Origin: a virus
Virus record (IMG/VR): IMGVR_UViG_3300045988_160427
Length of the DNA: 64,000 nt
Direction: 5' to 3' (one strand)
In this document: positions 36,490 through 46,273 of the stretch, piece by piece
Numbering within the stretch: position 1 is the stretch's first letter
How the letters are laid out: each line of letters starts with the position of its first letter
Notes under the pieces: generated by a model
The model's database searches: none
What the model saw: only the letters and a program-made list of their open reading frames with translations
Told to the model about the DNA's origin: nothing
Position numbers and translations under genes: made by a program

Positions 36490-37875
36490 ATGGTTTCCAT
36501 TACCGGGTCGATGTATAATGATGCCAAGAGAAATATACGGGATTTGCGTGTGAAAATAAATTTATTAAATTTTGATATGCAAATAATTGATGAAATCACA
36601 GGAGTTATTTTAGATGGTAATATTACTGTGGATGCAACTGCGGATATAAGAAGAACATGTAGTCTTTCATTGATTGTGAAAGACAGCACACTGGAATTAC
36701 AACCAGGGGGGAGAATTTGGATAGATAAATATTTTCAAGTATTTGTAGACTATCTAAATAATGGTAATTGGATAAATATGGGAATATATTTAGTAGATGC
36801 ACCCTCATGGAGTTATGACCCAGGAAATTCTACATTATCTCTCCAAGGTTTAGATTTGATGTCTAAATTAACTGGACAAAGGAATGGTTATTTAGAAGGT
36901 ATTCCAACTATTATTCCACAAGATAGTAGCATAAGAAATTCTATGATTAGTGTTATCACAGAATTGGGCGGGTTTAAAAATTATATAATTGAAGATAATC
37001 CGCAAACTGTCCCTTATGAAATAAAAATAGACCAAGGTGGAACTGTGTACGATATTTTAGTAGAGTTAAGAGATATTACACCTAATTATGAAATTTTTTT
37101 TGATGTTGATGGTGTCTTTCACTATCAACAAATTCCAAGTAGACAAAATGAATCTTCTTATATAGGGGATGATATGTGGACACAAATTGTTCTTTCAGAA
37201 ACTACAAGTGTTGAATTTGGAGAAGTAAAGAATGTAGTTGAGGTTTATGGAATGTCTCATGACCCCTCTCATTATGGAGAAGCTACGGTGAGCGGAAACA
37301 CATACAATGTAACAATGGCAGGTGTCGAAGGTTTAACAGATGGACTGATTTATGGTTTTACAGCCCCTACCATTGTAGAGAATCCAATGTTGAAAATCAA
37401 TTCATTGCCTGCTTATCCGTTGGTTAATGAAGATGGGAGCAACGCTATTATTCCTCAAGAGAACACATTTTATGTTGTACAGTATAAAGGCCAGGATAAT
37501 TTTTTGTTTTTAGGTTACCAACAGCCTTATGCTATCTCTAAAGATGAAAATCCTGAATCTCCTTTCTATATTGGTAGTATAGGGGAAATTAGGCAAGTAT
37601 TTTATGGAGATGAATATGAAAATATTTGGAGTAATGACCTCGCCCAACAACGTGCTGATTATGAACTATGGTTGCATACTCGTTTGAATGATAACATTAC
37701 TTTATCAGTTGTTCCCTTGTATTGGTTAGATGTTAATATTTTAGTAGATTATACAAGAATAAACACAGATACTACCAATCAATATATTATAAAAAGTATC
37801 GACACTAACTTAGCCCCAGATGGTACACAAACTATTAATATGATTAGATATTATCCCCTATATCCTGATATTTAA
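36490..37875 (+). CDS. hypothetical baseplate protein (461 aa)
   Basis: ORF in the baseplate region. Confidence 0.4.
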   Translation: MVSITGSMYNDAKRNIRDLRVKINLLNFDMQIIDEITGVILDGNITVDATADIRRTCSLSLIVKDSTLELQPGGRIWIDKYFQVFVDYLNNGNWINMGIYLVDAPSWSYDPGNSTLSLQGLDLMSKLTGQRNGYLEGIPTIIPQDSSIRNSMISVITELGGFKNYIIEDNPQTVPYEIKIDQGGTVYDILVELRDITPNYEIFFDVDGVFHYQQIPSRQNESSYIGDDMWTQIVLSETTSVEFGEVKNVVEVYGMSHDPSHYGEATVSGNTYNVTMAGVEGLTDGLIYGFTAPTIVENPMLKINSLPAYPLVNEDGSNAIIPQENTFYVVQYKGQDNFLFLGYQQPYAISKDENPESPFYIGSIGEIRQVFYGDEYENIWSNDLAQQRADYELWLHTRLNDNITLSVVPLYWLDVNILVDYTRINTDTTNQYIIKSIDTNLAPDGTQTINMIRYYPLYPDI

Positions 37876-37887
37876 GAAGGTGAGAAA

Positions 37888-38628
37888 ATGAGCGCTACAT
37901 ATCAAGATTTGGAATTTACTACATTTCCAGATGCGATACAAAATTTTACGACAATGCAAGATGTTACAGCGTCGGACGGTGTTTTAATTAAGCAATATCA
38001 AGAAGCAATGGAAAATGGAGATTTGGAAACCGCACAAAAAATTTATCAACAAATTCCAGATGCTAATGCAAAAATTATAAATAGTATTAAGATTAATACT
38101 ATTCAAGATACAGCAATGGCTTTGGAGAGATTTTTCAAAAATGATTTAACCAATTATGTTTCACAAAAACAAGAAGAATGGTTAAATATCGTTAATCAAT
38201 TTACTTTGATAGGGAATTATAATAATCAATCGTCTTATTTGAAACATAATTTAGTATACTATCCTGATGAATCTTCTAATGTTGTTTATATGGCTATAAC
38301 CGATGTACCTAGTGGAATCTCTCCTTTGAATCCTTCATATTGGAGACAATTAACAATTCAAGGTGAAAAAGGTGATAAGGGTGATGGGATTAGTTATGTG
38401 GGTGAATGGCAATCAACTGTCTCTTATGAAGAAAATGTTTTGGTTACATATAAAAATGGGCTATATTTATCTTTACAAAGTCCGAACATTGGTAATATTC
38501 CATCTAATTCTTTAACTTACTGGCGGTTAATTGGGGACTTGACCCCAGCAGTATATCCAATTGTTCCCATAAACACCCCTCCTTCTGACTTGGGCGAGGG
38601 AGATATTTGGTTCGGAATTGTGGAGTGA
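37888..38628 (+). CDS. tail fibre protein with short collagen-like segment (GEKGDKGDG)
   Basis: Gly-X-Y triplets visible. Confidence 0.45.
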   Translation: MSATYQDLEFTTFPDAIQNFTTMQDVTASDGVLIKQYQEAMENGDLETAQKIYQQIPDANAKIINSIKINTIQDTAMALERFFKNDLTNYVSQKQEEWLNIVNQFTLIGNYNNQSSYLKHNLVYYPDESSNVVYMAITDVPSGISPLNPSYWRQLTIQGEKGDKGDGISYVGEWQSTVSYEENVLVTYKNGLYLSLQSPNIGNIPSNSLTYWRLIGDLTPAVYPIVPINTPPSDLGEGDIWFGIVE

Positions 38629-38632
38629 TTTT

Positions 38633-39340
38633 ATGAAAAAAGAAACAAATCCCAATACAGATATAAAACTGTCGTTAAAAGAAGATATTCATTTAAGTGA
38701 TAAAGAAATATGGAATAATTTTCAACAATATTATTTGGCTGGACAATATGAAGAAGCTATTAATTATCTAAACAATAATTTATCTTCCGTCAAAAACAAA
38801 ATAACAAATGCTACTTTGATTAACAATTTGAATAATGCTCTTGTTATTTTGCAAAATTATTATTATAATAATGTAGAAGATAAATTATCTGAATTAATGA
38901 AGTCTTATGATGACGAAATAGAAAATTTTGTTAATAAAGGTGTATATACAATTGGAGTTACTTATTATCCATTAAATTTTGTTTTTGATAACAATGGGAA
39001 TTTGTATATATGTATAAAAGAAAATACTGGAAAAGAAGATGGATTAAATGACGTAACCAACTGGATATATATTGGGTTAAAAGGAGAGAAAGGTTTACTC
39101 GGATTTAATTGTACATATAAAGGTGTTTGGGATAGTACTACGACTTATTCCAAGAATGATTTATGCACAGATGGAGATTATCTATATTATTCTAAGCAAA
39201 ATAATAATTTAAACAATAATCTATCTCCAAATTCGCAGTATTGGGGAGTATTTTTTGAGTTTATAAAAGCAACAATAGAGGTATATACACAGACTCCTAC
39301 AACTCCTTATCCTGGACAGGTTTATTTATTACAAGTGTAA
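38633..39340 (+). CDS. tail fibre protein with collagen-like segment (GLKGEKGLLG)
   Basis: Start set at MKKETNPN after the previous stop. Confidence 0.45.
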   Translation: MKKETNPNTDIKLSLKEDIHLSDKEIWNNFQQYYLAGQYEEAINYLNNNLSSVKNKITNATLINNLNNALVILQNYYYNNVEDKLSELMKSYDDEIENFVNKGVYTIGVTYYPLNFVFDNNGNLYICIKENTGKEDGLNDVTNWIYIGLKGEKGLLGFNCTYKGVWDSTTTYSKNDLCTDGDYLYYSKQNNNLNNNLSPNSQYWGVFFEFIKATIEVYTQTPTTPYPGQVYLLQV

Positions 39341-39355
39341 AGAGGTGGAATATTA

Positions 39356-40411
39356 ATGATAAATGTTAAGCCTTTTGTTTATCAAAATGGACAAAACGTG
39401 GAGATGAACATGGCAACTGTTTCTTCTATGGTAATAATGGGAGATGGTAGTACAACACTAGAAGAAGAAATAACAAAATTAGAAAAGGGAACGAGTAATG
39501 AAAACCTACTTATCAACACTAATTTTTTAAATCCTGTTTATCAATATGGTACTGGTGATTTAGATGAATTAAATAGTTCAGAAGTGGGTTGCTCAGACTC
39601 GTCCTATTGGATTGATAGATGGTATCCCGCACAAGGAACAACTGCTGATAATATTACTAATTATCGCAAAGAAAAAGGAATATACATTGAAAATGGGTTG
39701 TGCCAAGCAGTTTATGGGATGTCCGACTATGTTGGGCAGGTATTTACTTTGTCTATTGGGTTTGAAGATGGAACAATCAGCTCTGTAACAGGTACATTAA
39801 ATGCTGGTGCTGGGAATAAAATATCTAATAATTATTTATCGTTTTACTTTTTAACAGGTGTATCATCTGGCAATGCTGATGTCGCTATTGTGGAAATAAA
39901 ATCGAAGAAAAATGGTACAGGTACTTCTTTAACAGATTTTTATGCTATTCAATGGGCAAAATTTGAAAAAGGAGAGTTTTCTACACAATATCAGATACCA
40001 AGTTATACAGAAGAAGAATTAAAGTGTCAGAGATATTATATGCGATATGGTTACAAAAAAGTCAATGATTCTTCTAATGACAAAATTCCGTATACGCTAG
40101 GTTTGGCAACTTCTCAAACAACTGGAACAGCGATTTTTTATTTGCCAACACAAATGCGTATAACTCCAACCATTAAAATTGTTGGTACGTTTAATGTACA
40201 GTATCCAAATGATAACAATTCTATGTTAGATTCCCCAGTAAATAGTGTAGAAGTTAACTATGTTAATAGCAATCAAGCGATTGCAGGTCTTGATTTTAGT
40301 GAAGGATATCCTGCCCTGACATATGGACAAATAATTGCTTTTTATGCCTATGAGGGTGGTGCATACATTTATTTTGATGCAGAATATCATCCAATTTGGC
40401 AATCAAGATAA
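39356..40411 (+). CDS. receptor-binding/tail fibre tip protein, paralog 1
   Basis: Shares ordered motifs with the next ORF (NLLINTNF.NP; KCQRYY; YLPT.MRI.PT; YI..DAE). Confidence 0.45.
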   Translation: MINVKPFVYQNGQNVEMNMATVSSMVIMGDGSTTLEEEITKLEKGTSNENLLINTNFLNPVYQYGTGDLDELNSSEVGCSDSSYWIDRWYPAQGTTADNITNYRKEKGIYIENGLCQAVYGMSDYVGQVFTLSIGFEDGTISSVTGTLNAGAGNKISNNYLSFYFLTGVSSGNADVAIVEIKSKKNGTGTSLTDFYAIQWAKFEKGEFSTQYQIPSYTEEELKCQRYYMRYGYKKVNDSSNDKIPYTLGLATSQTTGTAIFYLPTQMRITPTIKIVGTFNVQYPNDNNSMLDSPVNSVEVNYVNSNQAIAGLDFSEGYPALTYGQIIAFYAYEGGAYIYFDAEYHPIWQSR

Positions 40412-40430
40412 TAATTAGGAGTAAGATTTA

Positions 40431-41384
40431 ATGGCTATTAATTATAGGGTTCAAGAAAATAATCAAACAGTTCATTTTGAGGGCGATGCACAAATTACTT
40501 TGACTTCCGATGGTTCTAATGTGCAAGCCAAATTAAATGAGTTAAACAGTATGCTCCGTTCCAATCCAAACTTATTGATTAATTCCAATTTCACAAATCC
40601 AATTAATCAGAGAAATGCTACTACTTATGCGCAAAACAAATATTTTATTGATAGATGGAGACATGTGTCGGGAAGTTTAACCACTATTAAAATTTCTTCG
40701 ACTTATGGATTATATATTAAAGGTATCTCTATATCACAAGTTATAGAACTGCAAAATCCGATTGGGAAAACATTAACTGCTTCTGCACAGTTTTGTGACG
40801 AGTATGGCGCTACTAAAGTGGTTACTTTTACTACTACATTGGGGACTTCAAGTAGTAGCAATACATATTTTTTATTCACACCTGACCCAGATAATAACTT
40901 TGTAGAATTTGCAATCAATAATTTCACTGTGCCCTTTGATTGGGGTTTTGGGAGTAGCTTGTATGTTACTTGGGCGAAAGTAGAAATTGGCAGTGCTGCA
41001 ACAGTGTATTTTTATCCAGATTACAGTAGTGAATTAGTAAAATGTCAAAGATATTACTATAAATTGACTTCTGATGGTTCGGCAAGAATATATCCTACCA
41101 ATTCTTGGTGGACTACCACAATAAATGCTGTTTTATATCTTCCTACAACCATGCGTATTTTGCCCACTCCATCTTTCAGTAATAATGTAGATATATGGTT
41201 TGGTACACAAGATGGCAATCAGGTTACTGGATATACACCTACACAAGTGGAAGCTGGTAGATTTTTGCCAAATCAAATAGAATTGACCATGACTACAAAT
41301 AAGAATGTATCTGGATACGACCAATGGAATTTATTGGTCGCAAACGGAGGATATATAGAATTGGATGCTGAAATTTATCTATAA
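40431..41384 (+). CDS. receptor-binding/tail fibre tip protein, paralog 2
   Basis: See paralog 1. About 30% identity in patches. Confidence 0.45.
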   Translation: MAINYRVQENNQTVHFEGDAQITLTSDGSNVQAKLNELNSMLRSNPNLLINSNFTNPINQRNATTYAQNKYFIDRWRHVSGSLTTIKISSTYGLYIKGISISQVIELQNPIGKTLTASAQFCDEYGATKVVTFTTTLGTSSSSNTYFLFTPDPDNNFVEFAINNFTVPFDWGFGSSLYVTWAKVEIGSAATVYFYPDYSSELVKCQRYYYKLTSDGSARIYPTNSWWTTTINAVLYLPTTMRILPTPSFSNNVDIWFGTQDGNQVTGYTPTQVEAGRFLPNQIELTMTTNKNVSGYDQWNLLVANGGYIELDAEIYL

Positions 41385-41393
41385 AGGAAAGGA

Positions 41394-41744
41394 ATGAATA
41401 ATATGGTTAAAGCTGAAAAAAATACATATAAAATTTATGCAAGGGCAGATGAAAAAAATAGAATTATTAAATTCTTTTCTTCTGTTTTTGAAGAACCATT
41501 AGATACGGATATTCTTGTAGAAGAGGGGAACCAAGAGTATCATGTGCATGTTCAATTAAAATATATTGCTCATAATAGTAAAGGACAATATAGATATAAA
41601 TTAGTGGATAACAAAGTTGTTGAAAGAACATTAGAAGAATTAAATCTTGAAATACAAGAGGAACAAAGTAAAATGCAACCTTCCTTAAATCAAAGAATGA
41701 ACGATATAGAAGAAGCGGTTGCCTTAATTGTTTATGGAGGATAA
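41394..41744 (+). CDS. hypothetical protein
   Basis: ORF with AAGGAAAGGAATG start region. Confidence 0.35.
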   Translation: MNNMVKAEKNTYKIYARADEKNRIIKFFSSVFEEPLDTDILVEEGNQEYHVHVQLKYIAHNSKGQYRYKLVDNKVVERTLEELNLEIQEEQSKMQPSLNQRMNDIEEAVALIVYGG

Positions 41745-41748
41745 TAAA

Positions 41749-41934
41749 ATGAGTATCAACGAATTGTCTAATGTTTTATTGAGGATTACTGGTAGAGCTA
41801 TTTTAACCAGAATGACAGAAAGTAAGTCCACTTTTGACGAAATAATTAAATTATATCCCAAATTAACGAAAGAACAAATTGAAATTCTTAAAGAATGTGA
41901 AGAATTTCAAGGTTTTGATAGCGGAGATAAATAA
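41749..41934 (+). CDS. hypothetical small protein
   Basis: Start set at MSINEL after the previous stop. Confidence 0.3.
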   Translation: MSINELSNVLLRITGRAILTRMTESKSTFDEIIKLYPKLTKEQIEILKECEEFQGFDSGDK

Positions 41935-42416
41935 TGAATATTCCAGTATTAAATTTGCGCAATGATTCAGGAGAATTTGTTCCATATGCAGTAATTCAAG
42001 GCCCCCCAGGCGAACAGGGGCCTCAAGGCCCCTCTGGAACAGACATAGAATCTTATGTTATCTCTGAGCCAATTGATAATGGAGAGAGGGGATATATTCG
42101 CTATAAGAATGGCTTACAATATGCTTGGGCGAGGGTATACTTTTCAACTTCTATCAGCAGTTCTTGGGGGAGTTTGTACGAAAGCAGCGACGTTACTGCC
42201 CCTGCATTTGCTGCAAGTTTTAGTGATACGCCCACTATAATTTGGGGTTTGGAAAATATGTCGGCTGGATGTATGATTGAATACTATTCCAGAACTAGCA
42301 GTGATGATGACAATACTAATAATACCTATCCTGGATTTGTTAATTTAGTTAGACCAAGTTCATCATCATCTGTAACTGGATATTTAACATATTTGGCAAT
42401 AGGCAAATGGAAATAA
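41934..42416 (+). CDS. hypothetical protein with collagen-like segment (GPPGEQGPQGPSG)
   Basis: Gly-X-Y triplets visible. Confidence 0.4.
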   Translation: MNIPVLNLRNDSGEFVPYAVIQGPPGEQGPQGPSGTDIESYVISEPIDNGERGYIRYKNGLQYAWARVYFSTSISSSWGSLYESSDVTAPAFAASFSDTPTIIWGLENMSAGCMIEYYSRTSSDDDNTNNTYPGFVNLVRPSSSSSVTGYLTYLAIGKWK

Positions 42417-42437
42417 AAGAGAAAAGGAGATAATGTA

Positions 42438-43814
42438 ATGGCTAGACAGACCTTAAAACTAACATCCCCCTTAATGAAAGGGGACGATGTTAAAGAGTTT
42501 CAAAACCTGGTAACAAACAGAGGTTTTAGTTGTGGTACTATTGATGGTAAATATGGCGAAAAATCTGTAAGTGCTTGTAAAAAATTTCAATCTTCTGCTG
42601 GCTTATCTGCCGACGGCATTTGTGGCCCTGATACATGGAATAAATTAGAGGGTAGACGAATGTTAAAACTAACATCCCCCTTAATGAAAGGGGACGATGT
42701 TAAAGAGTTTCAAACAAAAATCACAAATCATGGATATAATTGTGGTTCTATTGATTCTATGTACGGTGAAAAAGCCAAAGCTGCGTGCATTTCTTTCCAA
42801 AAAGCTAAAGGATTAAGTGCGGACGGGATTTGTGGTGATAAAACTTGGGCTGCATTAGATGGGTCTACATCATCTTCTGGAACAAGTGGAAGAAGATTGC
42901 TAAAAAAAACTAGCCCTTTGATGAAGGGAGATGACGTAACAGAGTTTCAAAATCTTGTAAAATCAAAAGGTTTTGACCCTGGAACCATTGATGGAAAGTA
43001 TGGTGACAATAGTGTAGCAGCTTGTAAAGAATTTCAAAGTTATGCGGGGCTATCAGTAGATGGACAGTGTGGGACAAACACGTGGGCAGCATTAGATTCT
43101 GATATTGCACCATATTCACCTTCTACATCAGGTTCTAACAGCTCTATTGGTGAAACAGAAATGGAAGTGCGCCAAAATGTCGTAAATGAAGCAAAAAAAT
43201 ATTTAGGATATAAGGAATCAGATGGTTCTCATAAAAAGATTATAGATATTTATAATGGACATTCTCCTTTAGCTAGGAACTATAGGGTTAAATATACAGA
43301 TTCTTGGTGTGCTGTTTTTGTCTCAGCAGTGGCTATTCAATGTGGTTTGACAGATATTATGCCTACTGAATGTAGTTGCGGGCGTATGATTGAACTTTAT
43401 CAAAAGCTAGGTTGTTGGGAAGAAAACGATGCCTATGTTCCCAATATTGGTGATATTATTATGTATGATTGGGATGATAGTGGAAAGGGTGATAATACAG
43501 GATGGCCTGACCACGTTGGTATTGTAACTGAAATTTCTGGCAATAAGATGAAAATCATTGAGGGCAATAAGTCTGATTCTGTATCTTATAGAACAGTAAC
43601 AGTAAATGCTAAAGATATTCGCGGGTATTGTCTGCCAAATTACGCGAGTAAAGCGGGCACAAGTGAAACTTCTATTAGTTATACTGTGCAAAAGGGAGAC
43701 ACTTTATCGTCTCTTGCAAAAAAATATAACACAACGGTTGATAAAATTTGTTCAGATAATAATATTTCAGACGCAGATAAAATTTATATTGGACAAGTGA
43801 TTGTAATTAAATAA
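42438..43814 (+). CDS. endolysin: 3x PG_binding_1 repeats + CHAP (Cys-His amidase/peptidase) domain + C-terminal LysM
   Basis: Three LKLTSPLMKGDDV.EFQ...G...DG.YG....A...FQ...GLSADG.CG..TW repeats. CHAP Cys in YTDSWCAVFVS and His in GWPDHVGIV. LysM is YTVQKGDTLSSLAKKYNTTVDKICSDNNI...IYIGQVIVIK. Confidence 0.85.
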   Translation: MARQTLKLTSPLMKGDDVKEFQNLVTNRGFSCGTIDGKYGEKSVSACKKFQSSAGLSADGICGPDTWNKLEGRRMLKLTSPLMKGDDVKEFQTKITNHGYNCGSIDSMYGEKAKAACISFQKAKGLSADGICGDKTWAALDGSTSSSGTSGRRLLKKTSPLMKGDDVTEFQNLVKSKGFDPGTIDGKYGDNSVAACKEFQSYAGLSVDGQCGTNTWAALDSDIAPYSPSTSGSNSSIGETEMEVRQNVVNEAKKYLGYKESDGSHKKIIDIYNGHSPLARNYRVKYTDSWCAVFVSAVAIQCGLTDIMPTECSCGRMIELYQKLGCWEENDAYVPNIGDIIMYDWDDSGKGDNTGWPDHVGIVTEISGNKMKIIEGNKSDSVSYRTVTVNAKDIRGYCLPNYASKAGTSETSISYTVQKGDTLSSLAKKYNTTVDKICSDNNISDADKIYIGQVIVIK

Positions 43815-43816
43815 AA

Positions 43817-43858
43817 ATAGGGTAGATTGAGTTTATCTCTTTCTACCCTATTTTTTTT
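43817..43858 (+). terminator. rho-independent terminator (tagggtaga...tctacccta + T8); potentially bidirectional at the convergence point
   Basis: 9-bp stem at 43818-43826 / 43842-43850, then TTTTTTTT at 43851-43858. A-run on the upstream side. Confidence 0.7.
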
Positions 43859-43876
43859 GGTTGTTGAATATATCAA

Positions 43877-44014
43877 TTATTTTTTATTATAATTATTTAC
43901 CTTATTTTTATTAATTTGTTTTTTGCTTTTTTCTAATTCTTTTTTAGTTTTTCTTTCTACGCCAAAAGTTTCACCTAATACATTGTCAATTTTTACCATA
44001 TCAATAGCTTTCAT
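43877..44014 (-). CDS. small Lys-rich hypothetical protein (45 aa)
   Basis: ATG at 44014 with TAGGAG RBS 6 nt upstream. Below the ORF-track size cutoff. Confidence 0.3.
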   Translation of the reverse strand: MKAIDMVKIDNVLGETFGVERKTKKELEKSKKQINKNKVNNYNKK

Positions 44015-44273
44015 GATAAACTCCTATTTTTAATTTTGAAATAAGTGGAAATTTTTTGACCGTTTAATGGTGCTGGGTTCCATTCCACTTCTCTTTTAAA
44101 ATCGAATATTCGCATTCCTTCTTCAAATGTTATATTTAACACTTTTTCTACTCTCTGTGTCTCTATTCATTCACCTGAAAATAATTTTGTTAAAACATTT
44201 ATCTTTTCTTCTTCTTCCACTTTATTGTTTTTATTTTTTTCATTTAACTTTGACAAATTATATTGATTCCTCC

Positions 44274-44792
44274 TTATGAATTCTGGCAATTCATTTCAAA
44301 ATAACTGCAATAATCATTTACATAAAAGTTTAAACTATATGAAGCACCTCCTTCATTATCAGTAGATATATAATCATTAGTGCATTCATAATTTTTAAAA
44401 TGTTTACATTCTTTGCAACGTCCTATAGGAGGAGTTGTACGATTGTTCCACGCACGCAATGCGGATTCTTTGTTATAGTGTGAACCACCTACACAAAGTC
44501 CGCATCCTCCTGCTAAATAATCACAAACCACTACAAATTGTTTAGACATTATTTCAAAATTTATATTATCTCGATCAATATATTCTACATTAGCTACGGT
44601 ATATATTTTGGCTACAGACATTCCACAGCAAGGACATTTTAATATAATTCCTTGTTGCGTACACTTCTCTTGAGATTCTTTATCCCCCAATAATGCCTTT
44701 CGTTCTAGTTCTGTCATGTGGAATCCTCTCTTAATCCATTTTTGCCCCACAGTTTGGGCAGTAGTTGTAATTACCACTGATAAATCCATCAT
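44274..44792 (-). CDS. Cys-rich hypothetical protein
   Basis: 172-aa ORF with multiple CxxC pairs. Confidence 0.4.
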   Translation of the reverse strand: MMDLSVVITTTAQTVGQKWIKRGFHMTELERKALLGDKESQEKCTQQGIILKCPCCGMSVAKIYTVANVEYIDRDNINFEIMSKQFVVVCDYLAGGCGLCVGGSHYNKESALRAWNNRTTPPIGRCKECKHFKNYECTNDYISTDNEGGASYSLNFYVNDYCSYFEMNCQNS

Positions 44793-45075
44793 CTTCTATT
44801 CCACATATTGAGCATGTCCAGCACTCATTCCATAAACTATCAGTTGTGTGGGTGTGTTCCCATCTTCCATGCATAACAGGGGCAATATCAATAGTTGTCT
44901 GCTCCTCTATGGCTTGGATGATTCCGTTTGTAAACATCCCATAATCTATAGAGTTTAATGTTGGATGTCTTAACAAATAATGATGATCTTTAATTATTTT
45001 TATCAATTCTTCCGCATCAATCATCCTCATTGTGCATTCTCCTTCTTTGCCATTTCCATCATCAACCTTGCACAC
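44731..45075 (-). CDS. hypothetical protein with C-terminal zinc ribbon (CWTCSICG...CPNCG)
   Basis: ORF, Cys4 pattern. Confidence 0.35.
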   Translation of the reverse strand: MCKVDDGNGKEGECTMRMIDAEELIKIIKDHHYLLRHPTLNSIDYGMFTNGIIQAIEEQTTIDIAPVMHGRWEHTHTTDSLWNECWTCSICGIEDDGFISGNYNYCPNCGAKMD

Positions 45076-45317
45076 GCATGGGCAAGGTGGTTTTCTTTCT
45101 CCTCATCCTTTGGCAACTTCATCCCTGATTTCTGATTTCTGTATAAACAAAGATGGCGGATTGCATGGGCGAGGTTGTCTTGTGTACTTACTTTATCCCA
45201 GTTTCCCGTTCCGTGCTTTTCAAATCCTTTTGCGCTTACCTCTGCAATCATCGGTAAGGCAGGAAGGATATATTCCCATACCTCAAAGTCAATTTTGTTT
45301 TGCTTGGCTTCACTCAT
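45027..45317 (-). CDS. hypothetical protein
   Basis: ORF, no confident motif. Confidence 0.35.
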   Translation of the reverse strand: MSEAKQNKIDFEVWEYILPALPMIAEVSAKGFEKHGTGNWDKVSTQDNLAHAIRHLCLYRNQKSGMKLPKDEEKENHLAHACARLMMEMAKKENAQ

Positions 45318-45681
45318 TTTTCTTATTCTCCAGTACTTTTATTGCATCCTCTCTTGAAAGAAAAACTGTTTTTCCTATTGAGTTGCTAACAAAATTCCCG
45401 CCATAGTGTCCACCGCTTTCATAATTTCCACGACAAGAGAACACTATCGTAAATCCATCCTGTTTTATTTTCATGTTCGATACTTTACATTTTATTATTT
45501 CTTTTTTCCTTGTGTATTCTGGCTTTTTTGTGATTACATAAACTATGTCATCTATTTTGCATGGTATTTCTATGAAATTTGATTTATCTAAAAAAAGAGA
45601 ACATGTTTTACAAATCGATGGCATAAACGGAATTAACGAAAACTTGCATATTTCATAATGTATGCAATTTTCTTTTGTCAT
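45310..45681 (-). CDS. hypothetical protein
   Basis: ORF. Confidence 0.35.
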   Translation of the reverse strand: MTKENCIHYEICKFSLIPFMPSICKTCSLFLDKSNFIEIPCKIDDIVYVITKKPEYTRKKEIIKCKVSNMKIKQDGFTIVFSCRGNYESGGHYGGNFVSNSIGKTVFLSREDAIKVLENKKNE

Positions 45682-46121
45682 TTTCCTGTACTCCCAAAAC
45701 CATTTTTTCCTCTATTTGTCGTATCTAATGTTTCTACTTCAGCAGGAGTAATTTTTAAGTAAGGGAGAATAATAAGTTGAGCAATTCTTTCGTCAGGCTC
45801 AATTATTTGAGTTTGTTCCGAATGATTATGTAGAGGCACCATAATTTCTCCTCGGTAATCAGAATCAATAATTCCTACACAATTAATTGGAGCTAATCCT
45901 CTTTTTGTAGAAATACCACTTCTGGCTACAAGGGCTCCAAAATAACCATTTGGGATACTTACCGCAATTCCTGTGGGCACTTTAATAGTTTCATGTGGGC
46001 GAATCATAGTTGTTTTATTAATGTTTGCATATAAATCCGCTCCTGCTGAATTTTCTGTTGCTACTAAAGGTTTTTTTGATGTGACAGATGTTTTTTTGAA
46101 TTGTAAAATAGTTTGTTCCAT
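45678..46121 (-). CDS. dut: dUTP diphosphatase (trimeric dUTPase)
   Basis: dUTPase motifs AGADL (motif I), ARSGIS (motif II), GIIDSDYRGEI (motif III). Confidence 0.85.
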   Translation of the reverse strand: MEQTILQFKKTSVTSKKPLVATENSAGADLYANINKTTMIRPHETIKVPTGIAVSIPNGYFGALVARSGISTKRGLAPINCVGIIDSDYRGEIMVPLHNHSEQTQIIEPDERIAQLIILPYLKITPAEVETLDTTNRGKNGFGSTGK

Positions 46122-46162
46122 GGTTCTGTTCCTTTCTTTTTAAATAATTATTTTGTATGTTT

Positions 46163-46191
46163 ATATTATCAAAACTATATTAATATGTCAA
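46163..46191 (-). promoter_or_regulatory. candidate sigma-A promoter on minus strand (TTGACA-17-TAATAT) upstream of dut
   Basis: Reverse complement of 46186-46191 is TTGACA; of 46163-46168 is TAATAT; spacer 17 bp. Confidence 0.4.
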
Positions 46192-46203
46192 TGCCATAAC
46201 AAG

Positions 46204-46257
46204 TTTTTTTTAATAAAAAAATAAAAAAGCAATTATTCTAAATGAAACAATTGCTTT
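46204..46257 (-). terminator. rho-independent terminator on minus strand (aaagcaatt...aattgcttt, then T-rich run)
   Basis: 9-bp inverted repeat at 46226-46234 / 46249-46257 with 14-nt loop. Minus strand then reads TTTTATTTTTTTATT. Confidence 0.45.
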
Positions 46258-46273
46258 AATTATTATTTTTTAT

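Noticed and set aside
44040-44273. Additional tiny minus-strand ORFs (14-34 aa) between 44040 and 44273
   Set aside because: Very short, Lys-rich, with weak or zero-spacing RBSs. Not supportable as genes from sequence alone.
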